A stretch of 64,000 nucleotides of DNA, taken from an uncultured Clostridia bacterium. GTDB lineage: Bacteria; Bacillota; Clostridia; Tissierellales; Sedimentibacteraceae. The number at the start of each line of letters is the position of its first letter. Within the stretch, counting starts at the first letter, position 1. The DNA lies in assembly GCA_964546605.1 (NCBI GenBank), contig CAZJKK010000001.1, positions 3,042 to 67,041 on the forward strand. Reading direction: 5' to 3'. Below are positions 60,165-64,000 of this stretch, in pieces. The position numbers were made by a program, and so were the translations under genes. The notes under the pieces are model-generated. The model was not told the DNA's origin and made no database searches. It saw only the letters and a program-made list of their open reading frames with translations.

Positions 60165-60809
60165 ATGGGAAAATATGTTGCAGGTATTGTTGTATTAGTT
60201 ATATTTTTTGTTTTTATTAAAATTAAGCAACAATTAAAGGAAGCAAATTATTTAAATGATATATTGTACAATAAAAAAGAACCTAACAAATTTGTAGAGG
60301 AAATGGATAGAATATTATCCAAAAATCAAACAGAAAAAAATAAGGTTATTAATACCATTCAAAAAACAACGGGTCTTCTTTATGCAGGAAAATTCAATGA
60401 AGTTGTTGATATATTAAATAGCATAAATAATGCCCCTAAAAATTGGCTCCCCATATATTATCAAAATTTAGTTTTGTCTTTGTATTTTAAAAAAGACAAG
60501 AATAGGGCCAACGATGTTTTTAAAAGATCAAAACCTATTTTTGAAGAGTATAAGAAGAATCAATATTATAAGGATTTTATAGAAATTGTGTATTCTGTTT
60601 CTGATTTTTATAATGGAAAAGGTTCGAAAGGTTTTTACTATGATCTGTCAGAAACAGGAGAAAATGATTACAGAAAGGCTTTGGGATATTACTTTTTAGG
60701 AATGATTAACAAAAAAGAAAAACAAACTGAGGAAATGGAAAAAAGCTTTAATAAAGCAATAGAATACGGTAAGGGAAGCTTTATAGAAAAATTTGCAAAG
60801 GAGCAATAA
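60165..60809 (+). CDS. membrane-anchored TPR-like hypothetical protein, paralog A
   Basis: N-terminal TM, helical repeats; paralog of the next gene; RBS GAGGTG. Confidence 0.75.
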   Translation: MGKYVAGIVVLVIFFVFIKIKQQLKEANYLNDILYNKKEPNKFVEEMDRILSKNQTEKNKVINTIQKTTGLLYAGKFNEVVDILNSINNAPKNWLPIYYQNLVLSLYFKKDKNRANDVFKRSKPIFEEYKKNQYYKDFIEIVYSVSDFYNGKGSKGFYYDLSETGENDYRKALGYYFLGMINKKEKQTEEMEKSFNKAIEYGKGSFIEKFAKEQ

Positions 60810-60817
60810 GGAACAAA

Positions 60818-61456
60818 ATGTACGTTATATTAGCAGTTTTAGCAGTAGTTTTTATTTATACAATAAGAAGAAGAACTATTCTTGAAAAACAAGTTGAATT
60901 GTTTAACAGACTACTTTATATTGAAAAAACACCTGAAAAATATGTTGCTGAGGTAGATAAATTATTATTAAAAATACAATCAGAAAAAGAAACAAATATC
61001 AATCGCATTCAAAAAACTACTGGATTGTTATACATGGGTAGATTTGAAGAGGCTGTAGATATTTTGCAAAAACGAGTAACAAAAATACCTCCAAATTGGC
61101 AGGTCATATATTATCACAATCTCCTTTTAAGCATGTACTTTAATAATGATGTGGATAAAGCAAATAAGGTGCTAGAAGAAGCTAAGGATACATTAGATGT
61201 GTATTTTAAGAAGGATTTTAACAAAGTTTCAGTTGAACTTATATATGCAGTTTCAGACTTTTATAACGGTAGAATTTCTCAGTGCAAGGAATTTTTCAAT
61301 AACTTAATTGAAGCAGCAAGAAATGATTACAGAGTTGCTTTTGGATATTATTTTACGGGAAAAATTCAAGAAGCTGAAGGCAAAATTGAAGATTCTGAGG
61401 ACAGCCTAGAACAAGCAAGGACATATGGTCATGGAAGCTTTATTGAAATGCTGTAG
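60818..61456 (+). CDS. membrane-anchored TPR-like hypothetical protein, paralog B
   Basis: Shares IQKTTGLLY, VSDFYNG, NDYR...GYYF, YG.GSFIE with the previous gene. Confidence 0.75.
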   Translation: MYVILAVLAVVFIYTIRRRTILEKQVELFNRLLYIEKTPEKYVAEVDKLLLKIQSEKETNINRIQKTTGLLYMGRFEEAVDILQKRVTKIPPNWQVIYYHNLLLSMYFNNDVDKANKVLEEAKDTLDVYFKKDFNKVSVELIYAVSDFYNGRISQCKEFFNNLIEAARNDYRVAFGYYFTGKIQEAEGKIEDSEDSLEQARTYGHGSFIEML

Positions 61457-61467
61457 AAAGGATTAAA

Positions 61468-62340
61468 ATGAATATTAAGGAGAAAAACAATCAAATAATA
61501 ATTGAAAATATTAAAGACTTTAACATAGTTCATATTTTCGACTGCGGACAATGCTTTAGATGGAACAAAGAAGAGGACGGCTCTTATACAGGAGTTGTTA
61601 AGGATAAAGTAATTAATGTTAGTCAGGAAGGTTCTACTGTAATTTTTGACAATGTGAGTATGGACGATTATGAAAATATAATAGTTGATTATTTTGATTT
61701 AAAAACAGACTATAGCGAAATAAAAAATACAATAGGCAAAGATGACATAATGGCTGAAGCCATTAAGTTTGGTGATGGAATAAGAATTTTGAACCAGGAT
61801 GAATGGGAAACAACTATTTCATTTATGATTTCTGCAAATAATAGAATTCCTATGATTAAAAAGGTTATAGAAAATTTAAGTGCTTGCTTTGGAGATTTTT
61901 TGTGCAACTACAATGGTAAGGACTACTATAGCTTTCCTACCGCTGAAAAGCTGTCTTCACTGCCTGTAGAAAAAATACAGGAATGTAAGGCAGGCTTCAG
62001 GTCTCCAAGATTAAAGGAAGCAGCAAAGAGATTTTTAACTGAAAAAGACATTATTTATAATTTGAAAAATTCTACCTATTACGAAGGCTTAGAATATTTG
62101 AAGTCCTATGTGGGAATTGGGGACAAGGTTGCTAACTGTATTCTTTTGTTTTCTATGAAGCAATTTAGTACATTCCCTGTGGATGTATGGATTAGAAGAG
62201 TTATGCAGGAATTGTATGTAGATAAAAGTACAAAGGATGCAGATATACAAAAATTTGCAGAAAATAAATTTGGAAATTATTCCGGCTACGCACAGCAATA
62301 TTTATTCTATTATGCTCGTGAAAATGGAATAGGAAAATAA
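61468..62340 (+). CDS. ogg: 8-oxoguanine DNA glycosylase (OGG family)
   Basis: FDCGQCFRW, GIRILNQD, HhH GIGDKVANC, FPVDVW, GYAQQYLF. Confidence 0.9.
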   Translation: MNIKEKNNQIIIENIKDFNIVHIFDCGQCFRWNKEEDGSYTGVVKDKVINVSQEGSTVIFDNVSMDDYENIIVDYFDLKTDYSEIKNTIGKDDIMAEAIKFGDGIRILNQDEWETTISFMISANNRIPMIKKVIENLSACFGDFLCNYNGKDYYSFPTAEKLSSLPVEKIQECKAGFRSPRLKEAAKRFLTEKDIIYNLKNSTYYEGLEYLKSYVGIGDKVANCILLFSMKQFSTFPVDVWIRRVMQELYVDKSTKDADIQKFAENKFGNYSGYAQQYLFYYARENGIGK

Positions 62341-62350
62341 CTAGATGACT

Positions 62351-62374
62351 AAACCACTAATAAGTGGTTTTTTT
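62351..62374 (+). terminator. terminator of the topB-ogg operon
   Basis: AAACCACT-AATA-AGTGGTTT + T run. Confidence 0.75.
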
Positions 62375-62462
62375 AATGAATAGTTTTTTCTGTTAAACAA
62401 AGAATAAACAGGGTATTAGTATTAAAAAGAAAGGAGCGATGTAGGAATACATCTATAATATA

Positions 62463-63932
62463 ATGACAAACAATGAAAATAATGTTGGTTGGAACTTCAA
62501 TAACAGTTATGCTAAGCTTCCGGAGATTTTCTATACAAAATTAAAACCAGTTTCTGTCAAGAAACCTGAATTAGTTGTATTAAATAAACCCCTTGCTAAA
62601 GATTTAGGGTTAAATTTAAACGAATTAAGTCAAGATGAATTAGCCGAAATATTTTCGGGAAATATACTGCCTGAAAACTCAGAGCCTCTTGCCCAAGCCT
62701 ATGCAGGACATCAGTTTGGATATTTCACAATGCTAGGTGATGGTAGAGCGGTTTTATTAGGTGAACAAAAGACACCTTCCGGGAAAATTTACGACATTCA
62801 GCTAAAGGGCTCTGGAAGAACACCTTATTCAAGAGGCGGTGATGGTAGAGCAGCCATTGGTCCTATGCTTAGGGAATATATAATAAGCGAAGCAATGTAT
62901 GCTTTAGGAATTCCCACAACTAGAAGTCTTGCAGTAGTACTGACCGGAGAGAATGTTTACAGAGAAAATATATTAAAGGGGGCTATATTAACAAGAATTG
63001 CCTTAAGCCACTTAAGGGTTGGTACATTTGAATATGCTTTAAATTATGGCAGTCAAGAAGATTTGCAATTATTAGCTGATTATGCCATTAAAAAACATTA
63101 TCCGCATTTGGAAAAAGAACAAGATAAATATGTTTTAATGCTTAAAGAAATAATAAAAAATCAAGCAAATCTAATATCTAAATGGATGCTGGTGGGCTTT
63201 ATACACGGAGTTATGAACACTGATAACATGACTATCTCAGGTGAAACAATAGATTATGGACCATGCGCATTTATGGAAAGCTATAGCGTGAATACTGTAT
63301 TTAGCTCAATAGATACAAATGGCAGATATGCATATGGTAATCAGCCAAAGATAGGCGAGTGGAATTTAACGAGACTAGCCTCTGCAATGTTGCCACTTTT
63401 CAGCCATGACAAAGAAAAGTCAGTTGAACTTGCTAAATATGAACTTTCCCGATATGAAGCAACTTATAAAAAAAGCTATTATGAAGGCATGATGGCTAAA
63501 TTGGGGTTATTTAACATTAATGAAGAAATGGAAGACGAAAAGTTAATTGATTCACTTCTTAATATAATGCAAAAAAATGGCTTGGATTATACAAATACCT
63601 TTGTTAATCTAACATATGGAAATCATGATGCAAAGATTTCTGAAAGTCAGGATTTTAAGGAATGGCTGAATCTTTGGGAGGAAAGAAGACAAAAACAAAA
63701 TGAGTCTAGGGAAGAATCAAATGATTTAATGAAGAAATTTAATCCAGTAGTAATTCCAAGAAATCATAGGGTTGAGGAAGCATTAAAGGCAGCTGAAAAT
63801 GGCGATTTAAGCGTTATAGAAAAACTGCATAGTGTTTTATTAAAGCCTTTTGATTATTCTATAGATAATGAAGAATACAGAAAGCTTCCACCGCCAACAT
63901 CATGCGGTTATAAAACATTTTGCGGTACTTAG
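62463..63932 (+). CDS. selO: protein adenylyltransferase SelO/YdiU
   Basis: [42 protein letters not shown]-terminal TFCGT. Confidence 0.95.
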   Translation: MTNNENNVGWNFNNSYAKLPEIFYTKLKPVSVKKPELVVLNKPLAKDLGLNLNELSQDELAEIFSGNILPENSEPLAQAYAGHQFGYFTMLGDGRAVLLGEQKTPSGKIYDIQLKGSGRTPYSRGGDGRAAIGPMLREYIISEAMYALGIPTTRSLAVVLTGENVYRENILKGAILTRIALSHLRVGTFEYALNYGSQEDLQLLADYAIKKHYPHLEKEQDKYVLMLKEIIKNQANLISKWMLVGFIHGVMNTDNMTISGETIDYGPCAFMESYSVNTVFSSIDTNGRYAYGNQPKIGEWNLTRLASAMLPLFSHDKEKSVELAKYELSRYEATYKKSYYEGMMAKLGLFNINEEMEDEKLIDSLLNIMQKNGLDYTNTFVNLTYGNHDAKISESQDFKEWLNLWEERRQKQNESREESNDLMKKFNPVVIPRNHRVEEALKAAENGDLSVIEKLHSVLLKPFDYSIDNEEYRKLPPPTSCGYKTFCGT

Positions 63933-64000
63933 CTAATACTGCCCGTCCAAATAAATTTGACAACTAAAAATTGCTAAGCTATAATTATATTGTAATCGGG

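Noticed and set aside
277-62298. Numerous 60-165 aa ORFs antisense to or overlapping known genes (e.g. 24833-25327, 32760-33197, 40580-41023)
   Set aside because: Shadow frames of well-supported genes with no RBS or recognisable motifs
63920-63935. Selenocysteine read-through in SelO
   Set aside because: The stop is TAG and the C-terminal residue is an ordinary Cys codon

Overview
An AT-rich chromosomal window from an anaerobic, spore-forming Firmicute (Clostridia/Tissierellia-like amino-acid fermenter; taxonomy inferred from gene content only). Most of it is core genome. In order: spoVG-glmU-pth-mfd-prsA-spoVT; a beta-CASP nuclease; a sigma54 activator with iorAB-buk; purL-E-F-M-N-H-D; a LysM-GH18 spore protein; metY; an NhaC transporter; a heavy-metal (probably copper) locus with a two-component system; a sigma54 activator with methionine gamma-lyase; a Moco/Tuco-riboswitch-led tupABC-mog-moeA-moeA/PBP-moaA-moaC-MOSC operon; ferredoxin; nifS-ttcA; an MFS exporter; ychF; an ssb-like gene; topB-TPR-TPR-ogg; selO. 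I found no rRNA, tRNA, CRISPR array or intact mobile element. The most interesting unexplained signals are: (1) a minus-strand structured RNA at about 54110-54305, driven by a perfect sigmaA promoter, with a GAAA tetraloop/11-nt receptor three-way junction and two interlocking terminators ahead of a 64-aa membrane peptide, which also faces a possible antisense promoter (orphan riboswitch or type I TA-like candidate); (2) two Cys-Cys microproteins missed by the ORF track, flanking mirror-image regulator boxes at the metal locus; (3) a dispersed two-hairpin repeat present twice, each copy directly after a terminator; (4) a sigma54 activator transcribed from its own sigma54 promoter. All calls are by eye from motifs; no database searches were run.
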